From the NCBI GenBank assembly GCA_038043525.1, contig JBBTBW010000006.1, positions 424 to 64,423 on the forward strand: a stretch of DNA of 64,000 nucleotides, read 5' to 3'. Positions 28,893 to 38,065 of this stretch are shown here, in pieces. Both the position numbers and the translations under genes were made by a program. The stretch is from Deltaproteobacteria bacterium (lineage in GTDB: Bacteria; Desulfobacterota; GWC2-55-46). Position 1 is the stretch's first letter, and each line of letters begins with the position of its first letter. The notes below the pieces were generated by a model that was not told the DNA's origin, ran no database searches, and saw only the letters and a program-made list of their open reading frames with translations.

Positions 28893-29792
28893 GTGATATA
28901 TTTGGCTTACTATTGTTTCCTGTGCAATGAAAACCATGTCGATTCCTTGACAGAAGAACACTTTATTCCCAAATCTCTTGATGGGCCAAAAAACCAATGG
29001 TTGCCAGTATGTGAAAACGGGAATGCTCGCGCCAATTCTATATTTGATAATGATGCAAGGGACCTGCTCTATTTAGCAAGAGTTGAAAATACCGGGGCAT
29101 TAAAAAGGTCTGGGGAAGCTCTTTTAGAAGATGGCACTCTCAAACGATTTAAGTTTAATTACCATGTGGATTCGGTTCCAGAGAGGAAGGCTGCGTTTCG
29201 CTATATCTACGACAGAGAGACAAATATGCACATACCCTCCAAGCATGTATATGCGATCGCATTTCCGGTTGGATTGATTGGCGATGAGCGGACAACATAT
29301 TGTAAAGGGATTGCAAAGATGTCTATTGGTTCAATTGTCTACCTTTTGAAAAAGCAAGGTGTAAAAGACTCAACGCTAAGAAGAATATTAATGCAAGAGT
29401 CAATTAATGCAATACGCCATTTTGCACTTGACCTTCAGTGGTCTGGGCAAGCGGTAGCGATGAGATTTTCATTAGGGCGAAGTGATGTGCTTGAGCGACT
29501 ACAGGGCTCTTGTGAAAATAAAGAAATCCGGAACCATGTGTTGAAAATTGATTTTCAAAAGAACAATATTCATGTAGAAGGAATGTTGTATAGCCAGTAC
29601 GGTTGGGTGCTTGATTTCTTAAATCGAATTCCTATTGAAGAACGAGAACTGTGCTTGAAAAACCCTATTGCCCACATAAACGCACCAGATATTTTGAAAG
29701 ACGTTACCCTATCACATGATTCGATTTGCATTTTGAATCCAGATTTCGAAGGACGAGAACCAGAAATTCCTCATCATTGGAGGAATAACTAA
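28893..29792 (+). CDS. hypothetical protein with N-terminal HNH-like (His-Me finger) nuclease motif and unknown C-terminal domain
   Basis: N-terminus CFLCNENHVDSLTEEHFIPKSLDGPKNQWLPVCENGNARAN resembles the HNH core (CxxC...EHIIPxxxGG...N). Remaining ~240 aa have no recognised motif. Low GC. Flanked by REPs. Confidence 0.55.
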   Translation: MIYLAYYCFLCNENHVDSLTEEHFIPKSLDGPKNQWLPVCENGNARANSIFDNDARDLLYLARVENTGALKRSGEALLEDGTLKRFKFNYHVDSVPERKAAFRYIYDRETNMHIPSKHVYAIAFPVGLIGDERTTYCKGIAKMSIGSIVYLLKKQGVKDSTLRRILMQESINAIRHFALDLQWSGQAVAMRFSLGRSDVLERLQGSCENKEIRNHVLKIDFQKNNIHVEGMLYSQYGWVLDFLNRIPIEERELCLKNPIAHINAPDILKDVTLSHDSICILNPDFEGREPEIPHHWRNN

Positions 29793-30042
29793 CTGTAAAA
29801 GTCAAGGACTCGCCGGACAGCCCCGTAGTAACGTAGGGTGGGCTCAGCCCACCATTCTTTTTCTCGCATCCTCACTCCGTCCTCTCCCCAATATATCACC
29901 GCCCGTGTCTCTCTCCATGAGTCTCTTTTGAAAAAGGCTAATGAGGACATGTGCAACTTGAATCTCGCGACGAATAATAATAAAGTCTGACTATTATGGC
30001 CTACAGGGTAAAAGAGGCGGAGTTCAGGGAGTTTGTAGCCGC

Positions 30043-30243
30043 GTAGGGTGGGCTCAGCCCACCATTGTATAGACATAAAGACAAGGGGTCAGCTTATGCT
30101 GGCCTTTTTGTCTTTTATCTTCCTGAATCTCTACGCAAGACGATTGCGATACTCGGCAAGGTGATAAAAATTGCAATAGAGAGCCGTTCCTGCTATAAAA
30201 TCATAAAGGGCATCTGTTTAAAGGAGCGTATTGTGGCTGGCAG
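30043..30243. repeat. ~200-bp duplicated block A (REP + ssrA-terminator-like DR2 + MNT leader and first 4 codons), truncated by a REP insertion
   Basis: More than 90% identical to 30781-30981 (block B), which leads into the intact MNT gene. Block A ends ...aaaggagcgtattgtggctggcag and abuts REP 30248-30270. Confidence 0.8.
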
Positions 30244-30289
30244 TCCCGTAGGGTGGGCTCGGCCCACCATTTTTTATTAATGGCGTTAC

Positions 30290-30450
30290 CACACATAAGA
30301 CGCATCTCAACGCTTTCGTCGATTGGCGGTTATTTACGGGAGCAATAATGTCGAATTACAGAAGAGTGCGCAACGGGCCTGTGTATTTTTTACCGTGGAC
30401 ATTCAAGACATTGGCGGCGAGTGATTTTAAGAACAAACGATTTATAAAGA
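30290..30450 (+). pseudogene. second degraded RAYT 3'-end remnant
   Basis: gacattcaagacattggcggcgagtgattttaagaacaaacgatttataaagaggtgggccgagcccacactacaaggct is about 93% identical to 28770-28856 (the end of the first RAYT remnant plus its REP). Confidence 0.4.
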
Positions 30451-30505
30451 GGTGGGCCGAGCCCACACTACAAGGCTAAACTTAACTCAAAGGAGAATGG
30501 TAGTT

Positions 30506-30697
30506 ATGAATAACAGCAACATCGTTATAAAAAGAAAGGCTATATGCGGCCACGAAGTAGCGGTCACTATTAGCGAGACCACATTGAGTGATTTGTATAA
30601 GGCTTCCTCCAACTTTGTTATATGTGCTATAGAAAATGCAATTAGTACAGCTTCTTGCCCGGTATGTGTATTTTTTGAGGCTACACGAAACCGTTGA
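30506..30697 (+). CDS. hypothetical small protein (64 aa) with Cys/His pairs
   Basis: Strong RBS AAAGGAGA 9 nt upstream of the ATG. Sequence MNNSNIVIKRKAICGHEV...CPVCVFFEATRNR. Low GC. Confidence 0.4.
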   Translation: MNNSNIVIKRKAICGHEVAVTISETTLSDLYKASSNFVICAIENAISTASCPVCVFFEATRNR

Positions 30698-30780
30698 CAT
30701 AAACCGGGGGCGCACTGCTCACTATTTTTCTCTGCTGGTTCAGTCCTCCCGAGCATACCCCCGTCACTGTTTGCAGCCGC

Positions 30781-30981
30781 GTAGGGTGGGCTCGGCCCAC
30801 CATTTTATATATGTAAAGACAAGGGGTCAGCTTTTGCTGGCCCCTTTGTCCTTTATCTCACTGAATCTCTACGCAAGGCGATCGCGATACTCGGCAAGGT
30901 GATAAAAATTGCAATAGAAAGCCGTTCCTGCTATAAAATAATAAAGGGCATCTGTTTAAAGGAGCGTATTGTGGCTGGCAG
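30781..30981. repeat. duplicated block B (REP + DR3 + MNT leader)
   Basis: See block A. Confidence 0.8.
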
Positions 30982-31276
30982 GACGAAGATAATCATACCT
31001 CATAAGGAAGTTGCGGATTTTTGCAAGAAGCATCATATCCGCAAGCTCGCCTTTTTCGGGTCGGTTTTAAGGGATGACTTCCGTCCGGACAGCGATGTCG
31101 ATGTGCTGGTTGAGTTCGAAGAAGGGCATGTGCCTGGGCTTATAAGGCTTGCAGGCATGGAGATCGAGTTAAGCGGCATACTCGGACGCAAGGCAGATAT
31201 GAATACACCTAATTGTCTCAGCCGTTATTTCCGTGATGAGGTTATTGCTTCTGCGGCGGTAGAATATGCGCCGTAA
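30971..31276 (+). CDS. mnt: nucleotidyltransferase-family antitoxin (MNT) of a HepT/MNT toxin-antitoxin pair
   Basis: GTG start 6 nt after AAAGGAG. LAFFGSVLRDDFRPDSDVDVLVEF is the minimal nucleotidyltransferase GS...DxD motif. Overlaps hepT by 11 nt. Confidence 0.8.
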   Translation: MAGRTKIIIPHKEVADFCKKHHIRKLAFFGSVLRDDFRPDSDVDVLVEFEEGHVPGLIRLAGMEIELSGILGRKADMNTPNCLSRYFRDEVIASAAVEYAP

Positions 31277-31610
31277 TGACTTGATTCGTTTGACACATAT
31301 GCTGGACGCCTCTAAAGAGGTTCTTAGCCTGTCGGCAGGAAAGACACGTAAAGACATCGAAACAGAAAGGCTTCTTAACCTTGGCTTGGTACGGCTGATA
31401 GGCATTGTTGGTGAGGCCGCCGCCAAGGTCTCAGCAGAGGGGCAATCTGAATATCGCAATATCCCTTGGCCGCAGATAATCGGGATGAGGAATCGCCTGA
31501 TACATGGCTATGATAATATCGACTTTGACATCCTCTTTAAGACTATTTCCGAAGACCTTCCGCCTCTTGTGGCTGAATTGGAGAGGGTAATACAGACAGC
31601 TCAGAAGTAG
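31266..31610 (+). CDS. hepT: HepT-family (DUF86, HEPN) toxin
   Basis: HEPN R-x4-HxY motif present (RNRLIHGY). 114 aa. Directly follows MNT. Confidence 0.8.
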   Translation: MRRNDLIRLTHMLDASKEVLSLSAGKTRKDIETERLLNLGLVRLIGIVGEAAAKVSAEGQSEYRNIPWPQIIGMRNRLIHGYDNIDFDILFKTISEDLPPLVAELERVIQTAQK

Positions 31611-31615
31611 TTGCG

Positions 31616-31935
31616 GTGGGCTCAGCCCACCCTACGAGCTAGACTAACCCCTCCCGGCCTCCCCTTATGAGTAAGGGGAGGAGCTAAGATAAAGCTCCAG
31701 CCTTTGCCTCGAAACAAAACCCGGGTCATGGCGGAAGGAGCCTAAAGGACGGTCGACGAGCAGGTTCTTGTATCTTCTGCTAGACGACCGGACAGCGAAA
31801 GGAGCCATACCCAAAAGGCGCACGGAAGTGCAAAGCTGGAGTCAGACCGATATTTTTGCAAAAAGGCGCTGTCTTGTCCTGCAGTTAAAAAACGAACCCA
31901 AAAGGCGCACGGCAGTGTGAAGAAGAAAATCATTC
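31616..31935. repeat. REP (31616-31636) followed by a composite MITE-like repeat (S + M modules, with a partial second M copy)
   Basis: gactaacccctcccggcctccccttatgagtaaggggaggag...aaacaaaacccgggtcatggcggaaggagcc...catacccaaaaggcgcacggaagtgcaaagc. Confidence 0.75.
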
Positions 31936-32104
31936 GGCGGGTGTGACCCGCCCGAGATGTAAGCCTCCATCAACCATACTATCTTACCCCGGCTTTCCAC
32001 AGTCTTATCCCCAAAATATCTGCTGGTTTGCTTCTCCCGCCTGTGGTATAAAAAATCTTAGTCAGGCAGGCTTTATATCAGCACGAATCGAACGGAGGTT
32101 GGGG

Positions 32105-32872
32105 ATGGGACGCGTCTCAAACAAGGTCGCCATAGTCACAGGGGGCGGCCAGGGCATAGGCAGAGCCACATGCCACCTTCTTGCAAAGGAAGGGGCAAAG
32201 GTCGCTGTCGTAGATTGCCTTGAGAAGGAAGGCAAAGAGGTCGCTGACTCCATAAAGGGCGTAGGTGGCAAGGCCGGTTTCTGGAAGGCAGATGTCTCGT
32301 CAGAGGCAGATGTCGAGAGGGCATTTTCCGAAATATTCAAGACCTTCAAGAGGCTCGACATACTTGTAAATAACGCGGGCATAACCGGGGTGAGAAAGCC
32401 GACCCACGAGATAGATGAGGCCGAGTGGGACCGCGTGATGGATATCAACGTCAAGGGCGTCTTTCTTTGCACCAAGCACGCAGTGCCGTACCTGAAGACC
32501 TCAGGCGGCGGCTCCATAATAAACGTCGCTTCAGTTCTGGGCATGGTCGGCGCGCCTTCCGCCCCGCCTTATGTCGCCTCAAAGGCCGCTGTGCGCCTGA
32601 TGAGCAAGACCGACGCGCTCATCTACGCGAAGGACAGGATACGGGTCAATTCGGTCAACCCGGGTTTTATCTGGACGCCACTCATCGAGAACTATTTAAA
32701 GTCAAAGGGCGACGTCGAGGCAGGAAGGAAGGCGCTCGACAGCCTCCATCCAATCGGCCACATAGGAGAGCCTGACGATGTCTCTTACGGGATACTCTAC
32801 CTTGCCTCAAACGAATCAAAGTTCGTAACAGGGACTGACTTCGTGATCGACGGCGGCTATACTGCACAGTAG
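32105..32872 (+). CDS. SDR-family NAD(P)-dependent oxidoreductase
   Basis: Start at MGRVSNKVAIVTGGGQGIGRA (TGxxxGxG), with RBS GGAGG. NNAG and S...Y..ASKAA catalytic motifs. The table start at 31943 runs through repeat sequence and was trimmed. Confidence 0.85.
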   Translation: MGRVSNKVAIVTGGGQGIGRATCHLLAKEGAKVAVVDCLEKEGKEVADSIKGVGGKAGFWKADVSSEADVERAFSEIFKTFKRLDILVNNAGITGVRKPTHEIDEAEWDRVMDINVKGVFLCTKHAVPYLKTSGGGSIINVASVLGMVGAPSAPPYVASKAAVRLMSKTDALIYAKDRIRVNSVNPGFIWTPLIENYLKSKGDVEAGRKALDSLHPIGHIGEPDDVSYGILYLASNESKFVTGTDFVIDGGYTAQ

Positions 32873-33081
32873 GGTACAGCCGCCTGCGTCTTATCTATCT
32901 CAGGCGGACGGCATCATTCAATCGAAAAAGACCGGCAAGGGCCTAAGAGCCTCTCTGTAAACGACCGGCTTATCTATGGACGGAGCATGTCTTTTTATAG
33001 ATTGTCCTGGCCCTCTTCTAAATCAACGGTAAAAGCGACGTTCCCTATACAATAAAAAGAGAAAGGCGTACTTCGATATAG

Positions 33082-33690
33082 ATGGTAATCTCCCCTGGCC
33101 TTATCATAGCATTCACAGCCGTAGCCTATCTTCTCGGCTCAATACCGACAGGCATCATCATGTCCCGCGTATTCGGCGGCACTGACCCGAGAAGGGTCGG
33201 GAGCGGCAACATAGGCGCTACAAACGTCGGGCGCTCCGCAGGGAGGCTGGCAGGCATACTGACGCTTGTCGGCGACGCGCTGAAAGGCGGTCTCCCAGCG
33301 TATCTTGCTGTTCAGTATGAGCTTGGCCCGCTTGTCGTGAGCCTTGTCGGAGGCGCGGCTTTCGCAGGCCACCTCTTTCCCGTATTCCTCGGGTTCAAGG
33401 GAGGCAAGGGAGTTGCTACCGCACTCGGGGTGATGCTCGCCATAGCGCCGTTTGCGGCACTCTTGAGCGCGGCTGTCTTTGTGGCCCTTGTCGCGATAAA
33501 AAGATACGTCTCCTTAGGCTCGATCGTAGCCGCGGCATTCCTGCCTGTATTTTTGTCGTTGATCCCGGACGCCAAGGCGTATGTACCGCTCGCAGTATTC
33601 ATAAGCGCGCTTGTAGTTTTAAAGCACAAGGAAAATATCAAGAGGCTGATAGACGGCACTGAGAACAGGGTGTTTAAGGGCAAGGGATAG
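33082..33690 (+). CDS. plsY: glycerol-3-phosphate acyltransferase PlsY
   Basis: GSGNIGATN motif. Multi-TM protein of 202 aa. Confidence 0.9.
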   Translation: MVISPGLIIAFTAVAYLLGSIPTGIIMSRVFGGTDPRRVGSGNIGATNVGRSAGRLAGILTLVGDALKGGLPAYLAVQYELGPLVVSLVGGAAFAGHLFPVFLGFKGGKGVATALGVMLAIAPFAALLSAAVFVALVAIKRYVSLGSIVAAAFLPVFLSLIPDAKAYVPLAVFISALVVLKHKENIKRLIDGTENRVFKGKG

Positions 33691-33796
33691 TCAGGCTGGC
33701 GGTATTGTTTATATCGGCTCGGAGTTTTGATTATGTGTAGGGATAGTCAGGCAAGCGGTCTTTTCCCTATCGGCTCGGCGTTTTGATTATGTTTAG
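33685..33796. repeat. imperfect tandem duplication (2 x ~55 bp) overlapping the plsY stop
   Basis: gggatagtcaggctggcggtattgtttatatcggctcggagttttgattatgtgta, then gggatagtcaggcaagcggtcttttccctatcggctcggcgttttgattatgtttag. Confidence 0.7.
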
Positions 33797-33831
33797 ACGC
33801 ATCTTGTGCGGCCTGGTTTGGTAATCTCAGA

Positions 33832-34875
33832 TCATGGCCGGTCTATAAGCATCTGACCGCCGTGGTTTATTATGTGAAGCTGAGGCCGGTCGTCATCGTT
33901 ATGTCCGCTCTTCAAGCGTTCTACAGGAAGTCCCAAAGGCTCATCTGTAAGGTCGAATGTCCCCCAGTGTATCGGTATGAATACCCGCGCGTTCACATCC
34001 TTTGCCGCTTGTAGGGCCTCTTCAGGCGACATGTGGTTTTCCTTCATGAACCACCTGGGCTCGTATGACCCGATCGGTGCCATGAATACGTCAACAGTCC
34101 CGTACCGCGCGCCGATCTCTTTAAATCCCTTGAAGTACCCGCCGTCGCCTACCCAGTAATATCTTATCCCGCCGCCCTCGATGAGAAAGCTGCACCAGAG
34201 CATCTTGTTGGTGTCGAAAAAAGTCCTCTTTGACCAGTGCTGGATAGGGAGCGAGGTTATGACGATTGAACTATCCCGGTATGTATCGGTCCAGTCGAGG
34301 GCGATATGCTTTTTTATCCCGAGAGAGGCGAAGTATGCGCCGTATCCTGGGCCTGTTATGAAGAACGGGTCAGACTTTTTTTTGAGGTACTCGATCGACT
34401 TTGTGTCAAGGTGGTCGTAGTGGCCGTGCGAGATAAGGACGTAGTCTATCATTGGAAGTGTTTCCAGGTTTGCCGGGAACCGGGTCTTACGTCTCAAAAG
34501 AAAGTTGACGTCCCGGAAGACAGGGTCTGTTATGATGTGCCTGTCTGAGGCCTTTATAAGCACTGTCGAATGGCCGAGCCATACGATGTAGTCCTTTCCG
34601 GTCTTTTCAAGGCTGTCGAAGTCGGGCCGCTCCACCTTGAACTCGACCTGGGTCTTTTTTTCACTCGCATACGGGTTGGATGAAAAAAATTTCCATCTGA
34701 GAAAATCCGTGAAAGTCCGGCGCGTGGCGTCGTCCCAGGGGTTGTAGTACCTGTTGTCCTTATTGAGCGGGGCGTGTCTGAGCGTTGAACCATCGTCGGC
34801 TCGCGTTTGGCCTGGTTGTAAAATAGAGAGCGCCAGGGTAAGGGCGGCGGCTATTATCAAGAGAGCCTTTTTCAT
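33832..34875 (-). CDS. secreted MBL-fold metallo-hydrolase (NAPE-PLD-like family)
   Basis: Signal peptide. HGHYDHLD metal motif. 347 aa. Confidence 0.75.
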   Translation of the reverse strand: MKKALLIIAAALTLALSILQPGQTRADDGSTLRHAPLNKDNRYYNPWDDATRRTFTDFLRWKFFSSNPYASEKKTQVEFKVERPDFDSLEKTGKDYIVWLGHSTVLIKASDRHIITDPVFRDVNFLLRRKTRFPANLETLPMIDYVLISHGHYDHLDTKSIEYLKKKSDPFFITGPGYGAYFASLGIKKHIALDWTDTYRDSSIVITSLPIQHWSKRTFFDTNKMLWCSFLIEGGGIRYYWVGDGGYFKGFKEIGARYGTVDVFMAPIGSYEPRWFMKENHMSPEEALQAAKDVNARVFIPIHWGTFDLTDEPLGLPVERLKSGHNDDDRPQLHIINHGGQMLIDRP

Positions 34876-35163
34876 TTCTCTTCCTTAAGTCTCAGCAACT
34901 ATCAGTCTCAGCGCTTAACGCCGCAGGCCAGTTGATCTATAAGCAGGGCAGGACGAGCAAAAAAAGCTGATCACCTTATCGTGAAGGACCACCGTCATAT
35001 AAGACGGTCTTCTTCAAATATATCAGAGAACGAGTGCAGGCACACAGGAGAGGTTTGAACAATTAATGGGCATGGGCAGTTGATTGAGCCTAAAATTTAG
35101 GCAGAGTGCGGATTGAGGCTCTGTGGGCAGGGCTTTTTTCCTTGATTCCACAAGATGAGATTG

Positions 35164-35178
35164 TGGCACGGTTATTGC
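35164..35178 (+). promoter_or_regulatory. sigma-54 (-24/-12) promoter upstream of glnB-glnA
   Basis: TGGCACggttaTTGCt matches the TGGCAC-N5-TTGC consensus exactly, about 200 nt upstream of glnB. Confidence 0.55.
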
Positions 35179-35222
35179 TTTTACAGTAATAGATCGGTAT
35201 TTGGCGGTTTGCCTGGGTATAG

Positions 35223-35717
<495 letters not shown>

Positions 35718-35915
35718 GGCGGTCTTTCAACTTTCCGGCGTGTTGATGCCGGGAGATGCCGCGTTAAAGTCATTATGCGATATCGCGCAGTATGCCTCTG
35801 TGCCGTGAGCGATCTCATCCGGCAGGCGGCCGGCATGTATACGCAATGCTGATTTAAAAAGGGCGCACTAACAGGCCTGATAGATAAACAAGCGAACAAC
35901 AAGGAGGAAAGCAGT

Positions 35916-37328
35916 ATGACGCCGAAAGAAGTATTAAAATTTACAAAAGAAAAGAATGCGAAGATGGTGGACTTTAAGTTCCTGGACTTCGTCGGGATCT
36001 GGCAGCACTTCTCAGTGCCGGTAGACGAGCTCTCAGAGGACCTCTTTGAAGAGGGCCTCGGGTTTGACGGCTCCAGCATCCGCGGCTGGCAGCCTATACA
36101 CGCAAGCGACATGCTCGTGATACCTGACCCGACAACCGCGATCATGGACCCGTTCTCGCAGACCCCTACGATGAGCCTGATATGCAACATCGTCGATCCG
36201 ATAACGAAAGAGGCATACTCAAGGGACCCGAGGAACATCGCGCAGAAGGCCGAGGCATTTCTCAAGTCGACAGGGATCGGCGACGTCGCCTACTTCGGCC
36301 CTGAGCCGGAGTTCTTCATATTCGACGACATCCGTTTCAGCCAAGGCTCAAACCACGGCTTCTATTACATAGATTCGGAAGAAGGGGCATGGAACTCAGG
36401 CAAGGAAGAGATGCCGAATCTCGGGTACAAGCCGAGGCACAAGGAAGGCTACTTCCCGGTACCTCCGACAGACAGCCAGGAGGACATACGCTCGGAGATG
36501 TGCATGATCATGGAGCAGGTCGGCATAAAGGTCGAGCGCCAGCACCATGAGGTCGCCACAGCCGGTCAGGCTGAGATCGACATGCGCTTCGACAGCCTCG
36601 TCAAGATGGGTGATAAGCTCATGTGGTTCAAGTACATAGTCAAGAACGTCGCCAAGAGATGGAAAAAGACGGTCACATTCATGCCCAAGCCGATCTTCGG
36701 CGACAACGGCAGCGGCATGCACGTCCATCAGTCGATCTGGAAGGGCGGCAAGCCTCTCTTCGCAGGCAGCGGATACGGCGGGATGAGCGAGATGGCCCTT
36801 TACTACATAGGCGGCATACTCAAGCACGCAAGGGCGCTTAACGCGTTCTGCAACCCTGGCACGAACTCATACAGAAGGCTCGTTCCGGGCTATGAAGCCC
36901 CTATCAACCTTGCGTACTCGAGCAGGAACCGCTCGGCGGCGATAAGGATCCCGATGTATTCGCCTTCACCTAAGTCAAAGAGGATCGAGGTCAGGTTCCC
37001 TGACCCATCATGCAACGGATACCTCGCTTTCGCGGCGATGCTCATGGCAGGCCTCGACGGCATACAGAACAAGATATCCCCGGGCGACCCGCTTGATAAG
37101 GACATCTACGGACTTTCCCCTGAGGAGCTCATCAAGGTCCCGTCAGCCTGCGGCACACTTGAAGAGGCGCTTGATGCCCTTAAGAACGACCACGAGTTCC
37201 TGCTTAGAGGCGACGTCTTCACAAAGGACGTCATCGATACATGGATATCGTACAAGAAGGAAAAGGAGCTTGACCCTGTAAGGCTCCGTCCTGTGCCGCA
37301 CGAGTTCTACCTTTACTACGACTGCTAG
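35916..37328 (+). CDS. glnA: glutamine synthetase type I
   Basis: 470 aa with GS-I signatures ([17 protein letters not shown], adenylylation-region [10 protein letters not shown]). Confidence 0.9.
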   Translation: MTPKEVLKFTKEKNAKMVDFKFLDFVGIWQHFSVPVDELSEDLFEEGLGFDGSSIRGWQPIHASDMLVIPDPTTAIMDPFSQTPTMSLICNIVDPITKEAYSRDPRNIAQKAEAFLKSTGIGDVAYFGPEPEFFIFDDIRFSQGSNHGFYYIDSEEGAWNSGKEEMPNLGYKPRHKEGYFPVPPTDSQEDIRSEMCMIMEQVGIKVERQHHEVATAGQAEIDMRFDSLVKMGDKLMWFKYIVKNVAKRWKKTVTFMPKPIFGDNGSGMHVHQSIWKGGKPLFAGSGYGGMSEMALYYIGGILKHARALNAFCNPGTNSYRRLVPGYEAPINLAYSSRNRSAAIRIPMYSPSPKSKRIEVRFPDPSCNGYLAFAAMLMAGLDGIQNKISPGDPLDKDIYGLSPEELIKVPSACGTLEEALDALKNDHEFLLRGDVFTKDVIDTWISYKKEKELDPVRLRPVPHEFYLYYDC

Positions 37329-37365
37329 GAAATACTCTTTGGCGTCGTGTGTTTGAAATCGGAAA

Positions 37366-37395
37366 GGCCCCGCTCGAAAGAGCGGGGCCTTTTTT
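37366..37395 (+). terminator. intrinsic terminator after glnA
   Basis: ggccccgctc GAAA gagcggggcc followed by TTTTTT. Confidence 0.85.
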
Positions 37396-37540
37396 CGTAT
37401 CACCCGAAAAAAAACGGATCGTATCCCGTTAAAATAAAGCAGGGAAGATGGAGTTATGCCGGTGACGCAGATGGCTTCATATGCCTTGATGCCTCTGTCG
37501 AATGATCAGACGCACAGGCTCTATTCGCGGCGGGTTTTTT

Positions 37541-38029
37541 TCAGCCTTCGTGTTCCTTGTGAAGTTCCAATATCCTCTTTATGATGTTCGTAGTAGACCT
37601 GCCCTTGACCAGAGTTATCCTTCTGATCTTTCCGCCGTTTTTACGGACCATGTCGCCTCCGGCGATGTCTTTTGCCGCCCAGTCAGCGCCCTTTGCGAGT
37701 ATGTCCGGTCTGATAGCTTCTATCAGCTTTAAAGGGGTCTGGTCGTTGAATTTTACGACATAGTCTACGAAGCTCAAGCCGCCCAGCACCTCGGCACGCT
37801 CGTTTTCAGGCACTATCGGCCTCCGCTCGCCCTTGATGGCCTTTACTGACGAGTCGCTGTTCAAGCCGACAACAAGGCAGTCTCCGAGCGACCTTGCTTT
37901 TTTAAGGTACCTTACGTGCCCTGCGTGTACTATGTCAAAGCACCCGTTCGTGAAGACGATCTTCTTCTTTTTCTTTTTGAGGATGGCAAGCTCATGGAGG
38001 AGCTTTTTTAAGGAGACGGTCTTTTTCAT
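37541..38029 (-). CDS. D-glycero-beta-D-manno-heptose 1-phosphate adenylyltransferase (RfaE domain II / HldE C-terminal-like cytidylyltransferase)
   Basis: VFTNGCFDIVHAGHVRYL (HxGH nucleotidyltransferase motif). 162 aa. Confidence 0.75.
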   Translation of the reverse strand: MKKTVSLKKLLHELAILKKKKKKIVFTNGCFDIVHAGHVRYLKKARSLGDCLVVGLNSDSSVKAIKGERRPIVPENERAEVLGGLSFVDYVVKFNDQTPLKLIEAIRPDILAKGADWAAKDIAGGDMVRKNGGKIRRITLVKGRSTTNIIKRILELHKEHEG

Positions 38030-38065
38030 CTGATGTCCGTTCTGTGTTTTTATCGTGCGACGTTA

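Noticed and set aside
27844-31640. Integron or prophage interpretation of the tmRNA island
   Set aside because: No intI, no tyrosine/serine integrase and no phage structural genes are visible. The palindromes resemble attC only superficially, being a 17-bp perfect REP rather than a structured attC. I describe it as a decayed REP-associated island instead.
31943-32104. Upstream 54 codons of the SDR ORF
   Set aside because: This part runs through repeat sequence and lacks an RBS. The canonical TGxxxGxG N-terminus begins at 32105 with a GGAGG RBS.
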